From a virus (lineage: Duplodnaviria; Caudoviricetes), in IMG/VR virus record IMGVR_UViG_3300022725_000052, positions 1 to 30,312 of that record: DNA of 30,312 nucleotides; one strand, given 5' to 3'. The position numbers and the translations under genes are program-made. Shown piece by piece: positions 1-7,164 of this stretch; the first letter of the stretch is position 1; each line of letters opens with the position of its first letter. Below the pieces are notes generated by a model that saw only the letters and a list, made by a program, of their open reading frames with translations, made no database searches and was not told the DNA's origin.

Positions 1-211
1 CCATGCACGGGCCGCACTTGCCGCCCGCTTCCGGCTCGTTCCCGCATTCGCAGAGGCCGGCCTTGCGGTTCCGGCAGTACTCGCACTCGCCGTCGGTCAG
101 GCGATCGGGGCCAAAGTCGTCCTGACAGGTCATGCAGATGCCGGTACGCATGGCCCAGCCTCTGGCGATGCGTTCGCGGGCCTCGATGGCGGGGCGAGTG
201 TCGGGGGTCAT
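1..211 (-). CDS. Cys-rich double zinc-finger-like protein (3'-truncated by window edge)
   Basis: Manual translation MTPDTRPAIEAR...CMTC...CEYC...CEC...CGPC; ATGA overlap with stop of 208..489 gene; not in ORF track. Confidence 0.65.
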   Translation of the reverse strand, partial: MTPDTRPAIEARERIARGWAMRTGICMTCQDDFGPDRLTDGECEYCRNRKAGLCECGNEPEAGGKCGPCM

Positions 212-489
212 GCGGTACCCCCAAACAGCAAGGCGTCGTTCATGTCGCGCATGGCGAGGATTGCGGACGCGTCGTCGGGGAAGCGCCGGTCCTCGGGCAC
301 GTACGGCGCGTGCTCCTGCGCGTTCAGGTCTGGCGTCCGGTAACAGCGGATCACGACCACGTCGTCACCGTCCCGCACCACGCCATAGTAAGTCGGGCGC
401 TCGGGGCAATCCTGGGGCCGGAGCGTCTTAGGTCCGCATCGGTCGATCATCGCCCGCTCGCGCCCATCGAGTCTCGCGTTTCCGTTCAT
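208..489 (-). CDS. hypothetical phage protein (93 aa)
   Basis: ORF 208..534 trimmed to ATG at 489, preceded by GAGGAGG RBS and a sigma70-like promoter. Confidence 0.75.
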   Translation of the reverse strand: MNGNARLDGRERAMIDRCGPKTLRPQDCPERPTYYGVVRDGDDVVVIRCYRTPDLNAQEHAPYVPEDRRFPDDASAILAMRDMNDALLFGGTA

Positions 490-529
490 CGTTTCCTCCT
501 CGGTTCGGGGAACGTCTCTCACACCCTGG

Positions 530-570
530 AACATACATTATCCGGTGCCTCGTGTCAACTATCGGTTACG
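530..570 (-). promoter_or_regulatory. sigma70-type promoter with operator half-site (copy 2 of early promoter)
   Basis: TTGACA (558-553), 17 bp, TATGTT (535-530); CGTAACCGATAGTTGACA is identical to 7050-7067. Confidence 0.75.
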
Positions 571-995
571 GCCCACAGATACTTACGAGCGCCGGCGTCG
601 GGCGACGCATAGCACTCTGCCTCGCCCCGTCGCCGCAGCGACTCGAGGGCGCGGGCCACCTGGTGCGTGAACACGCGGAGCTCGCTGGCGAGCGCCTCAC
701 GCGTCATGGGTCGACGCTCCAGCACCGACGGCACCTCGTCCCGCACACGCTCCATCGGCCAGTCGGCGTGTGTTTTCTCGCGCTCGATCCGGCGATACCG
801 GGCGCGCAGGTCCGTGGGCAGCGGCGCGCACAGCCCGTACTCGGCGGGTTCGCCCTTCACCGGGATCTCGACGGTTCTCCCGCGACCGTCGGTCTCGACG
901 CGGACCACCGCGCCGCTCGGAGTGACGTCGTAGGCGAACGGGGCGCCGACCTCGGGGTCGTAGCCGTGGTAGTCTCTGGCCCGAACGTGCGTCAT
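555..995 (-). CDS. protein with C-terminal winged-HTH DNA-binding domain
   Basis: C-terminal PMTREALASELRVFTHQVARALESLRRRGEA pattern; ATGA-coupled to the replication gene. Confidence 0.65.
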   Translation of the reverse strand: MTHVRARDYHGYDPEVGAPFAYDVTPSGAVVRVETDGRGRTVEIPVKGEPAEYGLCAPLPTDLRARYRRIEREKTHADWPMERVRDEVPSVLERRPMTREALASELRVFTHQVARALESLRRRGEAECYASPDAGARKYLWAVTDS

Positions 996-1531
996 GGGTC
1001 GCCTCCGTTCACCTGTCGTTTCAGTCCGTCGAGGATGTCGCGGATTGCCTCCGGCCTCGCCGATGCGTCCCGCATGTCGATCGGGTCCGATGGCCTTGGC
1101 GGCTTTCTGCCGTTTCTCCTCGCGCGTGCGCGCTTAGAAGTAGGTACTGGTACTGGTACTTCTTTGGACCTATTCGTGGACCTATCCGTGGACCTATTCG
1201 TGGATCGCGTTTCCTGATAAGCGTCGTAGTTGCAAATGGTTATGCGGTCGGGTTCGCGGCTCGCGCCCCGGCCCCTGTCTATAGACCCGCTGGACTCCAG
1301 TTCATCGAGGAACCGCTGGACCTTCGAGCGGTGCCAGTTCCACCGTGCCGCAAGGAACCGCTGGCTGGCCCGTGCCTGGCCGCGCTTCAGCCCGCCGTGG
1401 TCGCGCCACGCGGCCAGCCCGATCAGGTCGATCCACGCGAACGCCTTGCAAGCCGGCTCGGCCGTCGAGTGCGGGTGCATCCTGTGGTTCGCGTTCAGGT
1501 AGTCGGTCGAGACGGCAATCCATCGAGTCAA
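992..1531 (-). CDS. phage replication initiator (N-terminal wHTH replisome-organiser type)
   Basis: Motifs WIDLIGLA, RGQ..ASQRFLAARWNWHRSKVQRFL, ITICNYDAYQ; internal iterons; AGGAGG RBS before TTG. Confidence 0.8.
   Translation of the reverse strand: MTRWIAVSTDYLNANHRMHPHSTAEPACKAFAWIDLIGLAAWRDHGGLKRGQARASQRFLAARWNWHRSKVQRFLDELESSGSIDRGRGASREPDRITICNYDAYQETRSTNRSTDRSTNRSKEVPVPVPTSKRARARRNGRKPPRPSDPIDMRDASARPEAIRDILDGLKRQVNGGDP
1143..1204. repeat. iterons / putative origin of replication inside initiator gene
   Basis: 12-bp TGGACCTAT(T/C)CG x3 (1165-1200) plus partial TGGA, next to GGTACT x3 (1143-1160) in a locally AT-richer stretch. Confidence 0.7.
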
Positions 1532-1638
1532 CGTTCCTCCTTCTGGGGCGACGGTTCGGCGGGACAGCCGGGAGCATGTATCGGATCGGGCGTGCGACGC
1601 GCATCATCGGGGACGGCGCGGGCAAAAAATATCGGGCA

Positions 1639-1661
1639 GGCGCTGCACCCCGGATTGCACC
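1639..1661. repeat. integrase arm-type site (left arm)
   Basis: GGCGCTGCACCCCGGATTGCACC, 22/23 identical to 1890-1912; two TGCACC at 12-bp period. Confidence 0.7.
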
Positions 1662-1779
1662 ACGGGCGTGGTGACGTTCATGGAATGGCGGAGAAGGGCA
1701 GGGGCGCGGTATTCTCGTCCGGCCGCCCCGTGTGGGCGGGTCGGTAGGGTCAGGGACGCTCGGGGAAAGCTCCGGTCGC

Positions 1780-1833
1780 TCTTGAAAACCGGCGCGGGCA
1801 ACCGCATGCGGGTTCGAGTCCCGCCCCCTCCGC
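1780..1833 (+). other. attP core: 3' half of tRNA-Ser(UGA)
   Basis: Loop CTTGAAA (1781-1787), ACCGG, variable arm GCGG-GCAA-CCGC, T-arm GCGGG-TTCGAGT-CCCGC, acceptor 3' strand CCCCTCC + G discriminator; no 5' half upstream; adjacent to int stop. Confidence 0.85.
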
Positions 1834-1858
1834 TTTGCGTCGTAACGACTTACGCGGG

Positions 1859-3022
1859 TCACGTTCGGGCCTCGCTCTCGTGCTCCGGGGGCGCTGCACC
1901 CCGGACTGCACCCTGGCCGAGCCCGAACCGCTCCTCGACGCGCCGGAAGAAGCGCCCCACGTCGTGGTAGTCGGGATGGAACTGCGCGTACTTCATCGTC
2001 TGCTGGATGCTCCGGTGGCCGAGCTGCTTCTGGAGCGTCGGGAGCGGCATGCCGGCCCGTGCCAGCGACACGGCGGCCGTGTGCCGGTGGTCGTGGAGCC
2101 GGTAGCTCGCGATCCCCGCGATCCGGCACGTCCGCTTGTGCTCCTCCTGCACGGTGCGGCGCGGGATGTCGAAGATTCGGGCCGTCGCGGGCCGGCCGTC
2201 CGTGAGCGCCCGCAAGGGCTCCGCCGCCCACTCGGGAACGTAGACGGGCCGTACGCCCGCCGTGGACTTCGCGTCACGCAGGAGCGCGCGGCACTCGCCC
2301 GCACCAAACTTGATGTCGCAGGGCCGGAGCTGTTCCGTCTCGCCGAGCCGCATGCCGGAGCCGACCAGCACCTGCATCTGCGGCCGGAACAGACGGCGGA
2401 CAGCGGCCATGTACGCGGCGAGCTCGTCGGGCTCCAGGTAGCGGATCCGGTCGGGTGCGGCGTACCGCTTGATCTTCGGCCGCTTCTCGATCCACCCGCG
2501 CTCCAGCGCGTAGCTCGCGAGCATGGACAGCGCCTGCAGATCCTTGTTGACCGTCAGCCGGTGCGCGCCCTCGGTCAGCCGGATGCGCTTGTGGCGCTGG
2601 ATATGGGCAGGGGAGCACGTTTCGCGGACGGTGGCGACGCCCTCGAGCGCCGCGACCCGCTCGACGTGGGCCGCGGCCTGCCGGTAGCGTTCGAACGTCG
2701 ATGCGCGGACGTCCGGCTCCTTCGAAGCCAGCGCGTCCCGCACCGCGTCCCTGAGCGTCACGGACCCGGCTCTAAGGTCGCGGGCCAGTTCGTGGAGCGT
2801 CCCGCCATCGAAGGCGTCGGCCAGCTCGTGGGCCGAGATCGTTCCATCGAGGAACGCGCGGACGGGCTCCAGGTGGCCGCGCTCGCAGAGCCGCAGCACG
2901 ATCTCCTCCATCGTCCGGGCGCGCCCCTTCGAACGGGTGCCGAGCGTGCGGTAGACGCGCCCGATTCCCGGCAGGGTCCGCTTGATGTAGTAGATTCCGC
3001 CCCGGTTGTAGGGCAAGGTCAA
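1859..3022 (-). CDS. int: tyrosine integrase
   Basis: Catalytic R (GMRLGE), K (AKS), HDHRH, LGH, TMKY; N-terminal arm-binding-like strands (GIYYIKRT...RTLGT); probable TTG start at 3022 overlapping xis stop (ORF track extends to 3070). Confidence 0.95.
   Translation of the reverse strand: MTLPYNRGGIYYIKRTLPGIGRVYRTLGTRSKGRARTMEEIVLRLCERGHLEPVRAFLDGTISAHELADAFDGGTLHELARDLRAGSVTLRDAVRDALASKEPDVRASTFERYRQAAAHVERVAALEGVATVRETCSPAHIQRHKRIRLTEGAHRLTVNKDLQALSMLASYALERGWIEKRPKIKRYAAPDRIRYLEPDELAAYMAAVRRLFRPQMQVLVGSGMRLGETEQLRPCDIKFGAGECRALLRDAKSTAGVRPVYVPEWAAEPLRALTDGRPATARIFDIPRRTVQEEHKRTCRIAGIASYRLHDHRHTAAVSLARAGMPLPTLQKQLGHRSIQQTMKYAQFHPDYHDVGRFFRRVEERFGLGQGAVRGAAPPEHESEART
1890..1912. repeat. 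integrase arm-type site (right arm, inside int 3' end)
   Basis: GGCGCTGCACCCCGGACTGCACC, direct repeat of 1639-1661. Confidence 0.7.
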
Positions 3023-3228
3023 CTCTCCCGGCGCCTCTCGATGAACTCTCTCACGTCGTCGGGTCGCCACCTGACTCGCCCGCTCGACACGCGGACACGG
3101 GGCAGACCCGACAGTTCATATACCTTCTTGGCCGGCACGCTGAGGACTCGCCCCACCTGCTCGGCCCGCATCAGCGGCTCGATGTCGTACCCGTCGCCCA
3201 CGAGGTCCGGGCGGTACGCTTCACTCAT
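3019..3228 (-). CDS. xis: excisionase-like HTH protein
   Basis: PLMRAEQVGRVLSVPAKKVYE...LPRVRV..GRVRWRPDDVREFIE matches the HTH_17/Xis pattern; coupled to int. Confidence 0.8.
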   Translation of the reverse strand: MSEAYRPDLVGDGYDIEPLMRAEQVGRVLSVPAKKVYELSGLPRVRVSSGRVRWRPDDVREFIERRRES

Positions 3229-3270
3229 CGGGGGCCTCCATTGTAGAGAAGCCAGCGGGGCCGCGCAAAA

Positions 3271-3522
3271 TCACACGGCCTCCTGCGCCCTCATCTCGTA
3301 CAGTTCGCCGATCTCGATGTCGTAGACCCACGCCAGCGCCTCGATGATGTCGGCCCCGGGCATCTGCTCGCCGCGTTCGTACCGGCCTAGCGCGACGAAA
3401 CTCACCGCGCGTCCGTGGCCCGCCGCCTCGGCCTCCGGCATCCGGTCGGCAACCTCGCGCAGCGACAGGCCCGACTCGCGCCTGAGGTCCGCCAGCACGT
3501 CGGCCAGGGTTCGCTTCTTCAT
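3271..3522 (-). CDS. XRE-family HTH regulator (Cro-like)
   Basis: LADLRRESGLSLREVA...LGRYERGEQMPGADIIEALA; ATGA start at 3522. Confidence 0.85.
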   Translation of the reverse strand: MKKRTLADVLADLRRESGLSLREVADRMPEAEAAGHGRAVSFVALGRYERGEQMPGADIIEALAWVYDIEIGELYEMRAQEAV

Positions 3523-3641
3523 TCCGTCTCCTCGGGTTGGTTGAGCGCCTCGGCGATCCGGTGCGTCTCGATGGCGATCACGGTCAACAGCGCGACGACG
3601 CATAGCGTGGCGATGCGGAGCCAGACGGCGGTGGTCATCAT
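3519..3641 (-). CDS. small single-TM membrane protein (40 aa)
   Basis: MMTTAVWLRIATLCVVALLTVIAIETHR...; ATGA overlaps at both ends. Confidence 0.6.
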   Translation of the reverse strand: MMTTAVWLRIATLCVVALLTVIAIETHRIAEALNQPEETE

Positions 3642-3943
3642 GCGATCCTCACCAGCCGGTGCTCCAGCGCCCCACCTCCGGCGTCCCGCTTCTCCCATCG
3701 CCAGCCGGGATCGGCATCGGCCCACTCGCGGATGTACCTCATCTGCCTGTCGATCGCCGAGGTCTTGATCCGCTTGCCCGACCGGCGCTCCATCCAGCGC
3801 GTGACCATGTCGGCATCGCACCAGCCGAGAGCGAGCATCGCCCGACGCGCTTCCAGTTGCTGGGCCGTCAGGCGCTCCATGTCCCGTTCGGGGTCGTAGG
3901 TGGCGCCGTGGAAGGGCACGAGGTCGAGTTGCTGGACGGTCAT
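3638..3943 (-). CDS. hypothetical protein, possible winged-HTH
   Basis: MTVQQLDLVPFHGATYDPERD...SAIDRQMRYIR; GGAGG RBS and ATGA coupling. Confidence 0.65.
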   Translation of the reverse strand: MTVQQLDLVPFHGATYDPERDMERLTAQQLEARRAMLALGWCDADMVTRWMERRSGKRIKTSAIDRQMRYIREWADADPGWRWEKRDAGGGALEHRLVRIA

Positions 3944-4104
3944 CCTGCCCTCCTCCGGTTCATGTTCTCCGCGATCGCCTCGGCGCGTTCCTGGGCCTTG
4001 AGCCCCACGAGACGGGCGTAGACCTCGACGCGTCCGCCCATGTGCTCCATGACGTACCACACGCCGCCTGCGCCCATGCGGACACGGTAGGCCGGGGCGC
4101 TCAT
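3940..4104 (-). CDS. hypothetical protein (54 aa)
   Basis: Manual translation MSAPAYRVRMGAGGVWYVMEH...RRRAG; fills the gap with ATGA overlaps at both ends. Confidence 0.6.
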   Translation of the reverse strand: MSAPAYRVRMGAGGVWYVMEHMGGRVEVYARLVGLKAQERAEAIAENMNRRRAG

Positions 4105-4301
4105 GGGGCCTCCACGGGCCGCAGGTAGCTCCCGGCGATCTTCACGGGGCTCGGGCTCCCGTCCTCGGCCGCGAGCCGGTAGAGCGTCTTTCGGACGCCC
4201 CGCTCGTGGATCACGATCACCTCGGCGACCTCGGCCTCGTACAGCGGCTTCCTGTCGGGGTAGGAGAGCCGCACGACGCGGTCGCCCTTCTGGTAGGTCA
4301 T
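4101..4301 (-). CDS. small beta-rich (SH3/KOW-like) hypothetical protein
   Basis: MTYQKGDRVV...YRL...LRPV pattern; ATGA-coupled. Confidence 0.6.
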   Translation of the reverse strand: MTYQKGDRVVRLSYPDRKPLYEAEVAEVIVIHERGVRKTLYRLAAEDGSPSPVKIAGSYLRPVEAP

Positions 4302-5296
4302 GCTTCCGCCTCCTGCCGGGCCGCGATGATCCCGCGAAGCTCGGCCGCGTAGGCGTCGGGGTTGTCGCCCGCTTCCTCGATCCCCAGCCGCTCGAAGATC
4401 GCGTCCCGGTCCTTCACGCCGATCCCGGCCAGCGCCTCCAGCTTCGCGATCGACAACTCGCCTTCGACGGAGTCCAGTTCCAGCACGCCGCCCTCCAGGT
4501 ATTCGTCGTCCAGCGGCTCATCGTCGGCGGCCAGCATCTTCTCGACGCGCTCCGTGCGCGTTGCGCCCTCGATGGGTTCGGGGTGTCCATCGAAGTCGAA
4601 CGCCGCCTCGTCGTCGCGCTCCAACAGCTTCCGGTCGTCGGCCCGGAGCGGGATGTAGTTGCACAGGCGCCGGATCGCCGTCTTTCGCGCCATCTGTCCC
4701 CAGTGGTTCCGCCATGCCGGGCTCTTTGCGTCGGCGCTCACCTTGCGGATGTGCTCGACCTGCGCGTGCGTCATCACCTCGAACCACGGCTTCGCGTTCG
4801 GGTCCGTGGGCCACGCGATCGCGTAGATGTGCGTCACCGGCTTCTCGCCCACCGACAGCGCGGGGACGTGGTAAATGTCCGGGCTGAGACCTCGTTGGTA
4901 GGCGAACTCGTCGCCCTCGTGGACGATCTCCGAGTCCACGCCCGCCACACGGCCCGACCGGAGCAGCATGTCGATCAGCCCCTTGTAGCCGAACTGCGCG
5001 TGCGCCTCGTAGGTCGACGCGTCCCGGTTGTAGCGCGGGATCAGGTAGCCGAGGTCGTACAGCGGAACGAGCCCCGCCTCGGCGAGCGTCGCGATCGCGA
5101 TGAACAGCGACGACTCCGAGCACTGGAGCAGCTTCGGCGTCTTACGGATCGCCGTCTCGATGCCGAGCATGAAGGCGTCCGGGTCCATCTTGCCCGCGAG
5201 CGCCTGCACGGCCTTCGGCTGCATCTTGTCGAGGAACACCTGGAGCGAGCTTCGGCCCGCCTCTCTCGTCGCGACCGCCGTGCCATTGCCGCTCAT
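4298..5296 (-). CDS. recT: RecT-family ssDNA annealing recombinase
   Basis: PKLLQCSESSL, GYLIPR, QFGYKGLIDMLLRSG, PAWRNHWGQMARKTAIRRLCNYIP; ATGA start at 5296. Confidence 0.92.
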   Translation of the reverse strand: MSGNGTAVATREAGRSSLQVFLDKMQPKAVQALAGKMDPDAFMLGIETAIRKTPKLLQCSESSLFIAIATLAEAGLVPLYDLGYLIPRYNRDASTYEAHAQFGYKGLIDMLLRSGRVAGVDSEIVHEGDEFAYQRGLSPDIYHVPALSVGEKPVTHIYAIAWPTDPNAKPWFEVMTHAQVEHIRKVSADAKSPAWRNHWGQMARKTAIRRLCNYIPLRADDRKLLERDDEAAFDFDGHPEPIEGATRTERVEKMLAADDEPLDDEYLEGGVLELDSVEGELSIAKLEALAGIGVKDRDAIFERLGIEEAGDNPDAYAAELRGIIAARQEAEA

Positions 5297-6474
5297 TCGT
5301 CCACCTCCGTCGTCTTTGCGTAGCCGTACGTGAGGAACCGGCGGGAACCGGGCTTCGTCTCCGTGTAGGTCTCCGTCGCCTCTGCGATCATGTCGAGCAC
5401 GCCGGTCGGCTCGATCGTGGGTTCTGACAGGTAGAGCTCCAGCCGGGTGCGGAGGTCCGTGACGACCGCTTCCCAGTCGGTTCGCTCCGAGTCCTTCGCC
5501 TTCTTCCACGTCGCACGCCAGCCGTCGCCGACGATCTCGGACGCATCGCCCATCGCGGCTTTGATCTCGGCCTCGCACCGGCCCTTGTTCGCCTTCGTTT
5601 CCTTTTCGAGGTCGCGGTACTCGCCGAGCGCCTGCGCCCACTGGCTGAGCTCTGCGGGCGCGAAAACGCTCTCGCCGGAATCCTCGGGGTAGAGCACCGA
5701 CAGGGTCCGGTTGTCCTCCGCCCGAACAGGCGGCATGGAGTCGGTCTCGACGTAGTCGCGCCACCATTCGTCGAGCCGGTCGTGGACGCGGCGGTAGAGC
5801 GTGATCGAGACCGGGACATGGAACAGCCGGTATTGCTGGCCTGCGAACAGGGCCGGGATGTCGACCTGGGCAACGTCATACCCGAGCGCGGCGAGGATGC
5901 CCGCGTAGTGTTGGGCCTGCACGATGTAGTCCTCGGGCGTCTCGTCCGTGCCTTCCTCGCCCCAGTCCTTCGACGCCCAGTGGCCCGCCGTCTTGGCGTC
6001 GACCAGTCGCCGGACCTCGAAGTGCGCCCGGAACCCGTCAGTGGACCCGACCACCAGCGCGTCGATGTGCGCCATCAGGTGCGGGCGCTCCGGGTGGCGG
6101 AGTGTGCCGAACAGGTGCCCGAACGCCTCCACCACGGGGTCTCCATCGCGAAGCACGCTCACGGCAACCTTCCCCGTCTCGCTGGCCGCGTACTGCGCCA
6201 GCCGCCCTTCGCGGTCCCTGCCGAGCAGGATCTCGTCGGCCGCGAGCCCTTCGGCGTACTTGCGGAGCACTTCGGACTCCAACCGCTGGCCCCACTCGGC
6301 CGCTTCGGACTGTTCGTCCGGTCCCGCCCTGCCCGTGCAGTTCATCCACACGTCGAGCGGCGTCCGGTATTTGCTGAGTCCGAGCACGGCGGCGGCGTCC
6401 GATCCGCCGAGCCCGGTGCGGGAGAGGTCGTGCCTTCGTTCGCTGAACGGCATCACCTTCGTTGACGCTTCCAT
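5293..6474 (-). CDS. YqaJ-like viral recombinase exonuclease
   Basis: GLGGSDAAAVLGLSKYRTPLDVW, WGQRLE, HIDAL, DAKT, PEDYIVQAQHY; paired with RecT. Confidence 0.92.
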   Translation of the reverse strand: MEASTKVMPFSERRHDLSRTGLGGSDAAAVLGLSKYRTPLDVWMNCTGRAGPDEQSEAAEWGQRLESEVLRKYAEGLAADEILLGRDREGRLAQYAASETGKVAVSVLRDGDPVVEAFGHLFGTLRHPERPHLMAHIDALVVGSTDGFRAHFEVRRLVDAKTAGHWASKDWGEEGTDETPEDYIVQAQHYAGILAALGYDVAQVDIPALFAGQQYRLFHVPVSITLYRRVHDRLDEWWRDYVETDSMPPVRAEDNRTLSVLYPEDSGESVFAPAELSQWAQALGEYRDLEKETKANKGRCEAEIKAAMGDASEIVGDGWRATWKKAKDSERTDWEAVVTDLRTRLELYLSEPTIEPTGVLDMIAEATETYTETKPGSRRFLTYGYAKTTEVDE

Positions 6475-6520
6475 GATCGTGGCCTTCTTTCCGGTCCCGT
6501 TTCCCCTCGGAGCGCCCGGT

Positions 6521-6832
6521 CTATCGGCCGGGCGTTTCCTCTTTCTGGATGGCCGCGAGCAGCCTGTCCGCGATCTCGGGTTCGCTCGCCCCGTAGACGC
6601 GGGTTCCGTTGGGCCGCCGGACGACGGGTTTCACGACGCCAGCCGCGATCATCCGCTTGCCGTCCATGACCTCCATCCGGCCTTCCCGGAATCGGTAGGT
6701 CAGCCGCGCGGCCTTCTGCTCGGCGTCCCGCTTCGCGTGCTCGGTGGGTTCCGCCCTGTCCCGCACGGCGTAGTAGCCGCAGGCGAGCAGCCCGATGGCG
6801 GCGAACGACGTCAGGACGAACCCGGCGCTCAT
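6521..6832 (-). CDS. N-terminally anchored membrane protein
   Basis: MSAGFVLTSFAAIGLLACGYYAVRDR...; ATGA start at 6832. Confidence 0.6.
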   Translation of the reverse strand: MSAGFVLTSFAAIGLLACGYYAVRDRAEPTEHAKRDAEQKAARLTYRFREGRMEVMDGKRMIAAGVVKPVVRRPNGTRVYGASEPEIADRLLAAIQKEETPGR

Positions 6833-6975
6833 CGGACGTAAGTCTCGACGTAGCTGGCGGCCCACGAGTCCATCCGCTCCGTAGCGACCCGTTCGCCCGC
6901 CTTGATCCCGATGACCAGGGCGGCCATCAGAGCGATCCCGACCAGCAGGATCATCACGTTGACTCGGTCGTGCAT
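6829..6975 (-). CDS. small single-TM protein (48 aa), first gene of early operon
   Basis: Manual translation MHDRVNVMILLVGIALMAALVIGIKAGERVATERMDSWAASYVETYVR; GGAGG RBS; not in ORF track. Confidence 0.65.
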   Translation of the reverse strand: MHDRVNVMILLVGIALMAALVIGIKAGERVATERMDSWAASYVETYVR

Positions 6976-7026
6976 AGCAGCCTCCGTTGAGTCCTGGCCC
7001 CGCACCCGATGCGGGACACATGACCC

Positions 7027-7055
7027 ACGATAAGGTACCCTTCCGACGCTGTCAA
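7027..7055 (-). promoter_or_regulatory. early lytic promoter
   Basis: TTGACA (7055-7050), 17 bp, TATCGT (7032-7027). Confidence 0.75.
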
Positions 7056-7056
7056 C

Positions 7057-7080
7057 TATCGGTTACGTGTGTCACCGATA
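7057..7080. promoter_or_regulatory. putative repressor operator (inverted repeat)
   Basis: TATCGGTTAC-gtgt-GTCACCGATA, 9/10 inverted repeat between the divergent promoters. Confidence 0.7.
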
Positions 7081-7091
7081 CTACACGCATG

Positions 7092-7121
7092 TTGACTACC
7101 CGCAACAGGGGGCACCATCTT
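7092..7121 (+). promoter_or_regulatory. putative repressor promoter
   Basis: TTGACT, 18 bp, CATCTT. Confidence 0.5.
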
Positions 7122-7164
7122 GACGGGCACCCACCAAACAGGAGCCCGCCGATGGGAGATTGCC

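Noticed and set aside
1143-1204. CRISPR array
   Set aside because: Repeats are 6-12 bp, contiguous, without spacers, and in frame within a gene
1741-1833. Complete functional tRNA-Ser gene
   Set aside because: No GGAGGGG acceptor 5' strand or D-arm upstream; only the 3' half is present, consistent with attP
1302-2231. Alternative-frame minus ORFs spanning attP (1302..2231, 1604..1807)
   Set aside because: Low-complexity translations with no RBS, overlapping int and rep in other frames
6521-6832. Lipoprotein (LLAC) as o-spanin or exclusion lipoprotein
   Set aside because: No basic n-region, atypical lipobox, and located in the early operon rather than the lysis cassette
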